A DNA stretch of 34,599 bases. Source: Armatimonadia bacterium. Lineage in GTDB: Bacteria > Armatimonadota > Zipacnadia > Zipacnadales > UBA11051. Positions 7,752-15,377 of the stretch are shown one piece after another (positions within the stretch are counted from its first letter, which is position 1; each line of letters opens with the position of its first letter). The stretch covers positions 1 to 34,599 of the forward strand of contig JBDKRC010000224.1 of the NCBI GenBank assembly GCA_039683575.1, written 5' to 3'. The notes beneath the pieces are model-generated. The model worked only from the letters and a program-made list of their open reading frames with translations, did not search any database and had not been told where the DNA came from. Made by a program: the position numbers and the translations under genes.

Positions 7752-8879
7752 ATGCGCTGCCTCACCATTGACCTCGGCACAACCTTCGCCAAGCTGGCTG
7801 TCTACGCCCTCGAGGACAACCAGCCGCGCGTCCTGCACAGCCTGCGCCTGCCCTCCGGCGTTGGCACCTACGACGGCTCTCCTGCCTCAGTCGCCCAGTT
7901 CCTGCGGCTCTGCGCAGACCTGCAGGCTGCCGTCGATGACTGCCTAACCCGCTACGCCATCGACCGGATTGGCCTGACCGGCATACGCGAAGGCCTCGTC
8001 CTGCTGGACGAGGCCCTGCAACCACTATGGGTCTCCGGCAACGCCGTCCTGGACGGCCCGCACCTGCTCGACCTCCCCATCGGCGACATCGCCATCGGCG
8101 GCATGCTGCCCGATCTCCTTGTCCGCCACCCGAACGTCTGCGCCGGCGTCACCCTCCAGGGCTACCTCGCCCACCTTCTCGGCGGCCGTCTGGCCATCAC
8201 CGTCTCTGAACTCGACGCCTGGGGCCTTCTCAACCCAAGTGGCGCGAGCCGCGCCGCCGCGCAGCGCCTCCTCCAAAACGTGCTCAAAGTCGAAGTGGGC
8301 GCCTCCTTAGGCACCCACCACAAGTATCCCGCCACCGACCTCTATCTGGCCGGGTCGGACGAGCAGGCCAGCCACTACGGCGCAGGCGTCGGCGTATCCG
8401 CTGACCTCGGCCTTGCCACTGCCACCTTCTGGTCGCTCACTGCCCCCACCGTCACCACTCCGCTCCGCTTCCCCGAGGTCCGCTACATTCCAAAGGCCGG
8501 CCCATACTGTGCCGCGGCCTCGATCATCGGCTACCGCTGGGGACCATATCTGCAAGAGGCCCTGTCTAATCAGCGCCCCATCCTGCCCGAAAAGCTGCCC
8601 CGCTGGGCCGTCGGCGAACTCCTGCGCTACCTCCGCCAGTCCGAGCCCCTCGATCACGAGGAACTCGTCACAGCCGCGGTGGCCGACCTGCAGGCTGCCT
8701 TCGACGTGCTCACACGGCTGGGCAACATTCCCTCCAACCCCACCATTGTCGTCCACGGCGGCGGCCTCACCGGCCTCCCCACCTTCACCACCGAAGTCAT
8801 GCAGCGCCTCGGGCACCACTGGATAGAACTCCCCGGAGACGCCACCCAGTTAGGCTGCTACCTCGCCGGTAGGCTATAG
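7752..8879 (+). CDS. Compact FGGY-like (ASKHA) carbohydrate kinase
   Basis: IDLGTTFAK, IGLTGIRE, GSDEQAS, VHGGG, DATQLG; possible promoter TTTACA-N17-TAAACT at 7712-7740. Confidence 0.7.
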   Translation: MRCLTIDLGTTFAKLAVYALEDNQPRVLHSLRLPSGVGTYDGSPASVAQFLRLCADLQAAVDDCLTRYAIDRIGLTGIREGLVLLDEALQPLWVSGNAVLDGPHLLDLPIGDIAIGGMLPDLLVRHPNVCAGVTLQGYLAHLLGGRLAITVSELDAWGLLNPSGASRAAAQRLLQNVLKVEVGASLGTHHKYPATDLYLAGSDEQASHYGAGVGVSADLGLATATFWSLTAPTVTTPLRFPEVRYIPKAGPYCAAASIIGYRWGPYLQEALSNQRPILPEKLPRWAVGELLRYLRQSEPLDHEELVTAAVADLQAAFDVLTRLGNIPSNPTIVVHGGGLTGLPTFTTEVMQRLGHHWIELPGDATQLGCYLAGRL

Positions 8880-8907
8880 CCGCACCAGTGGCGTTCAGGG
8901 AGTAGTC

Positions 8908-9039
8908 GTACGAGCGGCATCCTTGCCGCGAGATATCGCCAATGGAGTGGGGCTTCCAGCCCCACGGGCGCCATCCTCCGCCTGCCGCCAGCCGTGCCAC
9001 TCGCCCAATCCCCCAGTAGGGCAGGCGGCTCGCCTGCCC
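8908..9039. repeat. Mosaic of three REP-like hairpins between convergent genes
   Basis: gtacgagcggcatccttgccgcga (8908-8931); gtggggct-tcc-agccccac (8947-8965); gtagggcaggcg-gct-cgcctgccc (9016-9039). Confidence 0.8.
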
Positions 9040-9054
9040 GCCGTCATACCCCCG

Positions 9055-10488
9055 CTATAGATCGTAATACAGCACATACTCGTGCGGATGCGGCCGCAGG
9101 TTGACTGCCGCGACCTCCTCCGCCTTGAACTTCATCCACGCCTCCACAACGTCCCTCGAGAACACCCCACCTTCCAGCAGGAACTCGTGGTCGGCTTCGA
9201 GCGCAGCGAGTGCCTCCTTCAACGACGTCGGCAACTGGGCGATGCGGGCCCGCGCCTCGGGAGCCATCTTGGTGATGTCCTGATCGAACGGCCCAAAGTC
9301 ATTCGCCGCCGGGTCTATCTCATTGCGCACGCCGTCCAGCCCGGCCATGGTCATCGCCGCCAGGCACAGGTACGGGTTGCAGGTCGCATCGGGCGGACGG
9401 AACTCTATTCGGTTCTCCCGCTCATTCACCGCATAGGCCGGAACCCGGATGGCGGCGGTGCGGTTGGACAGACCAAAGAAGCAGGAGACGGGCGCCTCGT
9501 ACCCCGGAACCAGCCGCCGGTACGAGTTGGTGCTGGGGCTACACAGAGCCAGCAGCGCCGCCGCATGCTTCAGTAGCCCGCCGATCCAGTGCAGGCCCAG
9601 CTTGCTCAGATTGGCGTATGGCGCCTCGGCATCCCAGAACAGCGACTTGCCCTCGTGGGCGACGTACTGGTGTACGTGCATGCCGTTGCCCGCCTCCCCG
9701 AACATGGGCTTGGGCATGAAGGTGGCTGTCATCCCGGCATTGTCGGCGATGTTGCGGATCAGGTACTTCATCTTCATGACCCCGTCCGCCATGTGCAGGA
9801 GCGGCCCGAGCCCCACCTCAATCTCCACCTGACCCGGCGCGCCGACCTCGTGATGGTGGTAATGACCTTCGATACCGGCTGCCTCAATTGCGAGCAGCAT
9901 CGCCGACCGCAGATCATTGAGCTTGTCCCGCGGCTGAATGGCGTGGTAACCGCAATGGGCCGGTATCTTGTGGCCAAGGTTCGGCGCCTCCGCCACGCCG
10001 CAGTTCCATCCCGCCTCCACCGAGTCCACCTCATAGCCCGCCGCGTTCATCTCGGAGAGGTACTGCACGTTTGAGAAGACATAGAACTCCAGCTCAGGCG
10101 AGAACACGGCCTGTCCGGGGTTGATGATCTCGGAGCAGTACGCTTCGGCGCGTAGCGCCACTCCGCGCGGGTCGCGTGGATAGGGGGCTCCACTGATCGG
10201 CTCGACGATGTTGCAGATGAAGCTGAGAGTCCTGGCCTGGCAGAAGGGGTCCACCATGCCACTGGCCAGATCGGCCACGACGCGCATGTCGCCGGCCTCG
10301 ACAGACTTGTAGCCGGGATAGCTGGAAGTATCGATCCCCACGCCATGCCTGAGCTTCTCGGCAGTGAGCCGGCTGGTAGGCAGCGTGACGTGGTGCCACC
10401 GGCCGGGCAGGTCCACGATCTTGAGGTCCACCATCTGTACGCCTTCAGCGGCAACGAAATCGAGTACTTCAGCAGGATCACTGAACAC
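9055..10488 (-). CDS. glnA: Glutamine synthetase type I
   Basis: GTG start after GGAGGAGG; PELEFY, HHHEV, ATFMPKP, GNGMHVH, NSYRRLVPGYEAP, NRTAAIRVP, RIEFRPPD; 477 aa. Confidence 0.93.
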   Translation of the reverse strand: MFSDPAEVLDFVAAEGVQMVDLKIVDLPGRWHHVTLPTSRLTAEKLRHGVGIDTSSYPGYKSVEAGDMRVVADLASGMVDPFCQARTLSFICNIVEPISGAPYPRDPRGVALRAEAYCSEIINPGQAVFSPELEFYVFSNVQYLSEMNAAGYEVDSVEAGWNCGVAEAPNLGHKIPAHCGYHAIQPRDKLNDLRSAMLLAIEAAGIEGHYHHHEVGAPGQVEIEVGLGPLLHMADGVMKMKYLIRNIADNAGMTATFMPKPMFGEAGNGMHVHQYVAHEGKSLFWDAEAPYANLSKLGLHWIGGLLKHAAALLALCSPSTNSYRRLVPGYEAPVSCFFGLSNRTAAIRVPAYAVNERENRIEFRPPDATCNPYLCLAAMTMAGLDGVRNEIDPAANDFGPFDQDITKMAPEARARIAQLPTSLKEALAALEADHEFLLEGGVFSRDVVEAWMKFKAEEVAAVNLRPHPHEYVLYYDL

Positions 10489-10717
10489 GGCCCCTCCTCC
10501 TTCACATGCATACTGGTCTGGTCGCGATTGACACCACCACCATCCCTCGTGTGCCCTGGCCTGTGGTCCCAGGTGGTGGCGCACCAGGAAGATGATGTGG
10601 AAGGTGTCTGTACCTTTGACGACGAACCTCAGCGAGTTGCACAGAACCATTTGGTTCGAAATCAGAAATTGGCACGTCCGACACTGCTGTCGGAAACGAT
10701 TCGGGAGGCAGGCACAG

Positions 10718-11881
10718 ATGGCTACAGTAAGTATCCCCAAGAGCGAATTCCAGAAGCGTTGGGCCACTGCACAGGCGAAGATGGCGGAGATGGACCTCGA
10801 CGTTCTCATCGCCCATGGTGATGAAGCGGACCCGTCGAACGTCCGGTATCTCTCCAACTACTGGCCGCTGTTTGAGACCGGCGGCGTGGCCCTCGGCCGC
10901 ACCGGCGATCCCATGCTGCTGATCGGCCCCGAGACCCTCACGTTCGCCAAGGACCGCTCGGCGATCAAGGACATCACGATGCTCCTGCACTACCGCGAGT
11001 CCGCCGAGCCGGATTACCCGGGCGTGCAGCTTGACACCTTCGCCGATGTCTTCAAGAAGGTCGCTGGCGGCAAGGAGATCAAGCGCATCGGCATCGCGGG
11101 CCTGCCTGTCATGCCCGTCACGGTGTACGAGCAGATCAAGAAGCACGCCGGCAAGGCCAAGATCGTCCGCGCCGATGACATCATCGTGGACATGCGGACC
11201 GTCAAGAGCGCCAACGAGCTCAAGTGCATGCGAGAGGCCTTCCGCATCAGCGAGCTCGCTACCGAGTACGTCCTCAACAACCTCAAGCCCGGCATGACCG
11301 AGCAGCAGGTCGTCGGCCTGGCGCAGGCTGCCATGTATGAGAACGGCGCCGAGTATGAAGGGCACCCGACGTACGTACTCTCCGGCAAGAACAGCACCCA
11401 CGCCATCGGCCGCCCGAGCCCCAAGGTCATCAAGGCAGGCGAACTGATCCAGCTCAACATCGGCGCACTGGTCAGCGGCTACTCCTCCAGCGTCGGCCGC
11501 CCGGTCTGCATCGGCAAGATGCCCGCGAAGATGCGCGAACTGGTCAGCTTCGGCCTCGAGGCCCACTACAAGACCGCCGAATTGATGAAGGCCGGCGTCC
11601 CGGCTGCCGAAGTTGTCATCAAGTTCGAAGAGTTCGTCAAGGCCGCCGGCTATGGCAAGTACCTGCTGTACGGCCCGTGCCACTCAATCGGCCTGATGGA
11701 AGTCGAGCGCCCCTGGATGGAAAGCAGCAGCAAGTATCCGCTGCAAGAGAACATGACCTTCCAGATCGACACGTTCCTGTACACAAACCAGTTCGGTCTG
11801 CGCTGGGAAAATGGCGCCCGCGTCACCAAGAGCGGCGTCGAGTGGCTGTCGGATTACCGGAATGAAGTAATCGAGTTGTAG
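10718..11881 (+). CDS. M24 (Xaa-Pro peptidase/creatinase-fold) hydrolase with atypical metal site
   Basis: Creatinase-N-like NVRYL, RTVKSANEL, KPGMTE, HSIGL, GLRWEN; ATG after GGGAGG. Confidence 0.88.
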   Translation: MATVSIPKSEFQKRWATAQAKMAEMDLDVLIAHGDEADPSNVRYLSNYWPLFETGGVALGRTGDPMLLIGPETLTFAKDRSAIKDITMLLHYRESAEPDYPGVQLDTFADVFKKVAGGKEIKRIGIAGLPVMPVTVYEQIKKHAGKAKIVRADDIIVDMRTVKSANELKCMREAFRISELATEYVLNNLKPGMTEQQVVGLAQAAMYENGAEYEGHPTYVLSGKNSTHAIGRPSPKVIKAGELIQLNIGALVSGYSSSVGRPVCIGKMPAKMRELVSFGLEAHYKTAELMKAGVPAAEVVIKFEEFVKAAGYGKYLLYGPCHSIGLMEVERPWMESSSKYPLQENMTFQIDTFLYTNQFGLRWENGARVTKSGVEWLSDYRNEVIEL

Positions 11882-11883
11882 AC

Positions 11884-11941
11884 GGCGGGAACAGGTAAGG
11901 CGGGAACATCGGGAACAGATACGGCGGGAACCGTGGAGAAC
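11884..11941 (+). repeat. GGCGGGAAC-type 9-mer repeats, left flank of the four-helix-bundle gene
   Basis: Units at 11884, 11899, 11908, 11923 and a degenerate unit at 11933. Confidence 0.9.
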
Positions 11942-11979
11942 GCGTAGTGCGGGCGTCTCGCCCGCATCGGGGGGAGCTA

Positions 11980-12342
11980 GTGGCAGAGCAGGTCCGAGAT
12001 TTCAAGCAGTTGGACGTCTGGCGTATCGCCATGCACGTCGTGACGCTGACATACCAGATGACGCGTGGCCTGCCCGATGACGAGCGGTTCGGTCTCACCA
12101 GTCAGATGCGCCGCACTGCAGTCTCCATGGCCTCCAACATCGCGGAAGGCTATGGCCGCGGGCGAAGGCAGGAGTACATCAGATTCCTGCAAATCGCCCG
12201 TGGTGCAGCCTGTGAGTTGGAGACGCAGGTTCTCCTGTGTACGCAGCTTCAGTATTCAGTTCAGTCTGAGGAGATTCTGCTGCAGCTCAAACGCTGGTAT
12301 CAACTCATGAATCGCCTTCTCCGGTCTCTGGAGACCGCCTGA
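11980..12342 (+). CDS. Four-helix-bundle protein (23S rRNA IVP / Avd-like family)
   Basis: FKQLDVWR, LPDDERFGLTSQMRRTAVSMASNIAEGYGR, FLQIARGAACELETQ; GTG after GGGGAG. Confidence 0.95.
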   Translation: MAEQVRDFKQLDVWRIAMHVVTLTYQMTRGLPDDERFGLTSQMRRTAVSMASNIAEGYGRGRRQEYIRFLQIARGAACELETQVLLCTQLQYSVQSEEILLQLKRWYQLMNRLLRSLETA

Positions 12343-12355
12343 GCCGTTTTGCCGG

Positions 12356-12424
12356 TGTTCCCGATGTTCCCGCCTCTGCCGTACGTTCCCGGCGTTCCCG
12401 CCTTGTCTCAACGGCGTTCCCGCC
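12356..12424 (-). repeat. GTTCCCGCC-type 9-mer repeats, right flank, inverted relative to the left flank
   Basis: Units at 12357, 12366, 12385, 12394, 12416; 12356-12375 is the exact reverse complement of 11898-11917. Confidence 0.9.
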
Positions 12425-12441
12425 TCTAAAGGAGCAAGAAA

Positions 12442-13323
12442 ATGTCCGACATCACCGTACTCTTCGGTCTCGACATGGAGACCGACGTTGGCAGTTGGGG
12501 GATTAACTACGAGGGCGTCACGCAGGGCACCCCGAAGCTCTTGAAGCTCTATGCAGAAAAGGGCGTCAAGGGCACCTTCTACTTCACCGGCGAAACCGCT
12601 CGCCTGCATCCGGAAGTCGTGCAGGCAGTCCATGCCGCCGGAAATGAAGTTGGCTGCCACTCTCTGTACCACGAGACCGTGGGCGACCCGATCTTCGAGA
12701 TCCCCGGCGTCAAGCCGCTGCTGGTCGAGGAAGTGCCCTTCCGGCTGAAAGTGGCCACAGACTGGGTCACCGAGGTCCTGGGCGAGCAGCCAGTGTCATT
12801 CCGCTCGCCCCGCCTGTGGGGCAGCACCGCCGTCTGCAACGCGCTCAATGACATGGGCTACGTCTCAGACGCCTCGTATCCGCTGTACTTCTACGAAAAG
12901 CAGCTTGTGCCGTATCACCCCAGTTCCCACGACTGGACCGAGACCGGCGACCTGAAGCTGGTCGAAATCCCGAATTTCTGCGACATGACCCTGAATAGCA
13001 CCGATGAGTACCATCGGGATCGGGACCAGTGGCCGCTGTTCCGCAACAAGAGCGCCGAGGAGCTAATGCAGCATATTGATAACTTCATCGGCTATGTCCG
13101 CGAGCGGAACCTGCCCGTGGTGCTGTGCTTCTACTTCCACCCGTGGGAGTTCATGCCGATGCCGACGCGGCTGCACTATGGCGAGGGAGCGGTCGAGCCG
13201 GACTACTTCCTGGTAGAGAACTGCGGCGACTACGCGATGGAGCAATTCACTATCCTGATAGATCTGCTCAAGTCGCGCGACGCGAAGTTTGCGACCGCCA
13301 AAGAGATCGCAGCGGAGTGGTAA
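12442..13323 (+). CDS. Polysaccharide deacetylase family protein (CE4/NodB-like)
   Basis: GLDMETD, GTFYFTG, EVGCHSLYH, SFRSP, YFHPWE; RBS AAAGGAG. Confidence 0.9.
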   Translation: MSDITVLFGLDMETDVGSWGINYEGVTQGTPKLLKLYAEKGVKGTFYFTGETARLHPEVVQAVHAAGNEVGCHSLYHETVGDPIFEIPGVKPLLVEEVPFRLKVATDWVTEVLGEQPVSFRSPRLWGSTAVCNALNDMGYVSDASYPLYFYEKQLVPYHPSSHDWTETGDLKLVEIPNFCDMTLNSTDEYHRDRDQWPLFRNKSAEELMQHIDNFIGYVRERNLPVVLCFYFHPWEFMPMPTRLHYGEGAVEPDYFLVENCGDYAMEQFTILIDLLKSRDAKFATAKEIAAEW

Positions 13324-13496
13324 ACTGCGCAAAAGGGGGGCTTAGTTGCGCAAACGAAGTTAACCAATGTAACGATTCGGGCCGGAATTAGGCCCTAACA
13401 GGCTTGGATTGCAATGGTATGAAGTGGTGAGTGAACGGGTGGGCCCGATGGGCGACGAGACTGCTCATTCTGCCCCCTCGTATCGCTCCGAACAGT

Positions 13497-13573
13497 TGTC
13501 ATTCTGAGCGAAGCGAAGAATCCCCGTGATGGTATGAGATCCTTCGTCGCGAACGACGCTCCTCGGGATGACA
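13497..13573. repeat. TGTCAT..GAGCG / CTC..ATGACA palindromic repeat (family C)
   Basis: tgtcattctgagcgaagcgaagaatc...gatccttcg...ctcgggatgaca; second copy at 33778-33862. Confidence 0.85.
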
Positions 13574-13616
13574 GCGTTGGACAATACAAGACACAAAAGC
13601 GCTGGAGATGATAAGC

Positions 13617-13994
13617 ATGGCACTAGGTGAGGGTCGGAAGGTCTGGATTTTCCCTGACGGCGATTTGCCGCCGGCGGGCGAGGAAGGGTTGCCGCTGGAA
13701 GGGCACGAGTCGCTGGTCGTGCTCAACACCGGCGATGAGGAGGCGGTCATTGATATTGACGTGTACTTCACGGACCGCGAGCCGATCATCGGCATAGTGG
13801 AGACCTGTGGAGCGCGGCGCGTGAAGTGCTTCCGGATCGACAAGGGTATCGGCGCGGACCAGTACAAGATCCCGTTCGGGCAGTACGCCCTGCGGCTGCG
13901 GTCGAGTGTGCCTATCGTGGCCCAGATAGGCCGGGCAGACGTGCGGCAGCCGAATCTGGCGTATTATACGACGATGGGGTATGGGCAGGACTGA
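13617..13994 (+). CDS. ASRT (sensory rhodopsin transducer-like) family beta-sandwich protein
   Basis: GRKVWIFPDG, HESLVVLNTGD, YFTDREP, ARR, SSVPIVAQ; start may instead be 13608. Confidence 0.8.
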   Translation: MALGEGRKVWIFPDGDLPPAGEEGLPLEGHESLVVLNTGDEEAVIDIDVYFTDREPIIGIVETCGARRVKCFRIDKGIGADQYKIPFGQYALRLRSSVPIVAQIGRADVRQPNLAYYTTMGYGQD

Positions 13995-14024
13995 ACGGCG
14001 CAGCACAGCGTGAAGGAGTACCAT

Positions 14025-15197
14025 GTGTTCCCGATACGTATATTCATGACCGTGTGCATTCTACTAGCGCTTGTGTCAGGGGCCCCCGCCCAACAGCCAG
14101 CATCAAGTGCAAGCATTGACGATGTCATCAAAGCTTTGGAGGCCCGCGAGGCCAGCGTCTCCAATGTCATCGCTACTGCGGTTGTCCGCACCTACCGCAC
14201 TGACTGGGACTTCATATGCTTTGACACCGCGATCAGGCAAGCGCTCAAGCCTGACTATCCAATCAGAACTGAGGCCGAAATCAGGAAACAGCCTCACCAA
14301 GCCATGACCATTCTGGAGATGAGCCTGGGACGTGATGTGTCACAGTTAGTAGCGCAAGGAATAGCTGGTCTTGGTGACCAGTGGTTTCCTTCGGGAGGGG
14401 AGCAGGAGGTCGCTGATCAGGCACGTAACCTCCGAATCACCGCCACCGACGGTCAACGCATATTTGACTTCTCACGCGCTGAGGGCTCGCCCAAACTGAC
14501 GGTAAGTCCGCGTTACGGACAGACAGCCGAGTTCTCCCGCGATCCGTATGCCAGTTGGTTCGGTCTTGCCTTGGGGGGAATGCCGCCATCCAAATTACTG
14601 CGTCGCCCCTCCCTGAAGATGCTTCCTCTGGCCAAGCTGGAGGACGCACTGCTGTTGGAGCTTGCTGACATCGAAACGAGCAAGCAGGGCACGTTCATCC
14701 ATGAAACGCGCTTCTGGATGTTGCCCGCCTACGGGTATGCGCTCAAGCGGTTTGAGCGCCTGACCATCGGCACGGATGATCCAGCCACCGGCAGCAGGCG
14801 CATCGTCACGTGGGACGATTTTGCTCCGGCAGAGGGCATGGGCCCCTTCTTCGCTCGACGATGGCGAAGCGAGACCTTCTACTACAATAGTCAAGTTGAC
14901 ACGCCGCACGCCCGCACACAGATCGTCGACTTCGAAGACTATCCGGTCAACTCAACCATTCCACAGCCCACTCATGCGTGGGCACCTCTTGGCACACTGG
15001 TGGTGATTGACCCACGCCTGGGGTCCGACGATTCTACCCTCGCGGCGATTCAGAATCGCGCACGGCGACTGGAGGTCCAGCGGGTTGCCTTCGAGCGTGA
15101 AGGCTGTCCTGCACCTGACGGAGCCGCGAACAGGAAGATAGGCAAGGCAGACCTTGACGCTCTGCTCGCTAAGTACGGGCTTGTCGTTCCAAAGTAG
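14025..15197 (+). CDS. Hypothetical secreted protein
   Basis: GTG after AAGGAG; signal-peptide-like MTVCILLALVSGAPA; 390-aa open frame with visibly more A/T than its neighbours. Confidence 0.6.
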   Translation: MFPIRIFMTVCILLALVSGAPAQQPASSASIDDVIKALEAREASVSNVIATAVVRTYRTDWDFICFDTAIRQALKPDYPIRTEAEIRKQPHQAMTILEMSLGRDVSQLVAQGIAGLGDQWFPSGGEQEVADQARNLRITATDGQRIFDFSRAEGSPKLTVSPRYGQTAEFSRDPYASWFGLALGGMPPSKLLRRPSLKMLPLAKLEDALLLELADIETSKQGTFIHETRFWMLPAYGYALKRFERLTIGTDDPATGSRRIVTWDDFAPAEGMGPFFARRWRSETFYYNSQVDTPHARTQIVDFEDYPVNSTIPQPTHAWAPLGTLVVIDPRLGSDDSTLAAIQNRARRLEVQRVAFEREGCPAPDGAANRKIGKADLDALLAKYGLVVPK

Positions 15198-15342
15198 TAT
15201 TATCCCCCGCGGCCGGAGTGAGCAAAGAACCTGTAACATGGGGGCGCGAGCAGGGAGTGGGGCAGTTTGTCAACCCGCGGTGTTACCGTGCGACAGGTCT
15301 GCAAGGGGCGGAGAAGGGCCAGTGGGGAACACGGGAAAATAG

Positions 15343-15369
15343 CAGGCGCCGCTCATTGAGCGGCGCCTG
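15343..15369. terminator. Hairpin between convergent genes, probably bidirectional terminator
   Basis: caggcgccgctca-t-tgagcggcgcctg with A-rich left flank and T-rich right flank. Confidence 0.75.
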
Positions 15370-15377
15370 TTTGGCTT

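Noticed and set aside
10670-10688. Possible sigma54 promoter (TGGCACG) upstream of the M24 gene
   Set aside because: The GG-N10-GC spacing is not met.
10489-10857. ORF-track extension of glnA
   Set aside because: It overlaps the divergent M24 gene, and a strong RBS precedes GTG 10488.
11980-12342. 23S rRNA gene around the IVP-like ORF
   Set aside because: The flanks are protein-coding genes; no rRNA sequence is present.
11884-12424. CRISPR array or DGR interpretation of the repeats and Avd-like gene
   Set aside because: The units are 9 nt with no unique 30-40-nt spacers, and no cas gene, reverse transcriptase or TR/VR pair was seen in the window.
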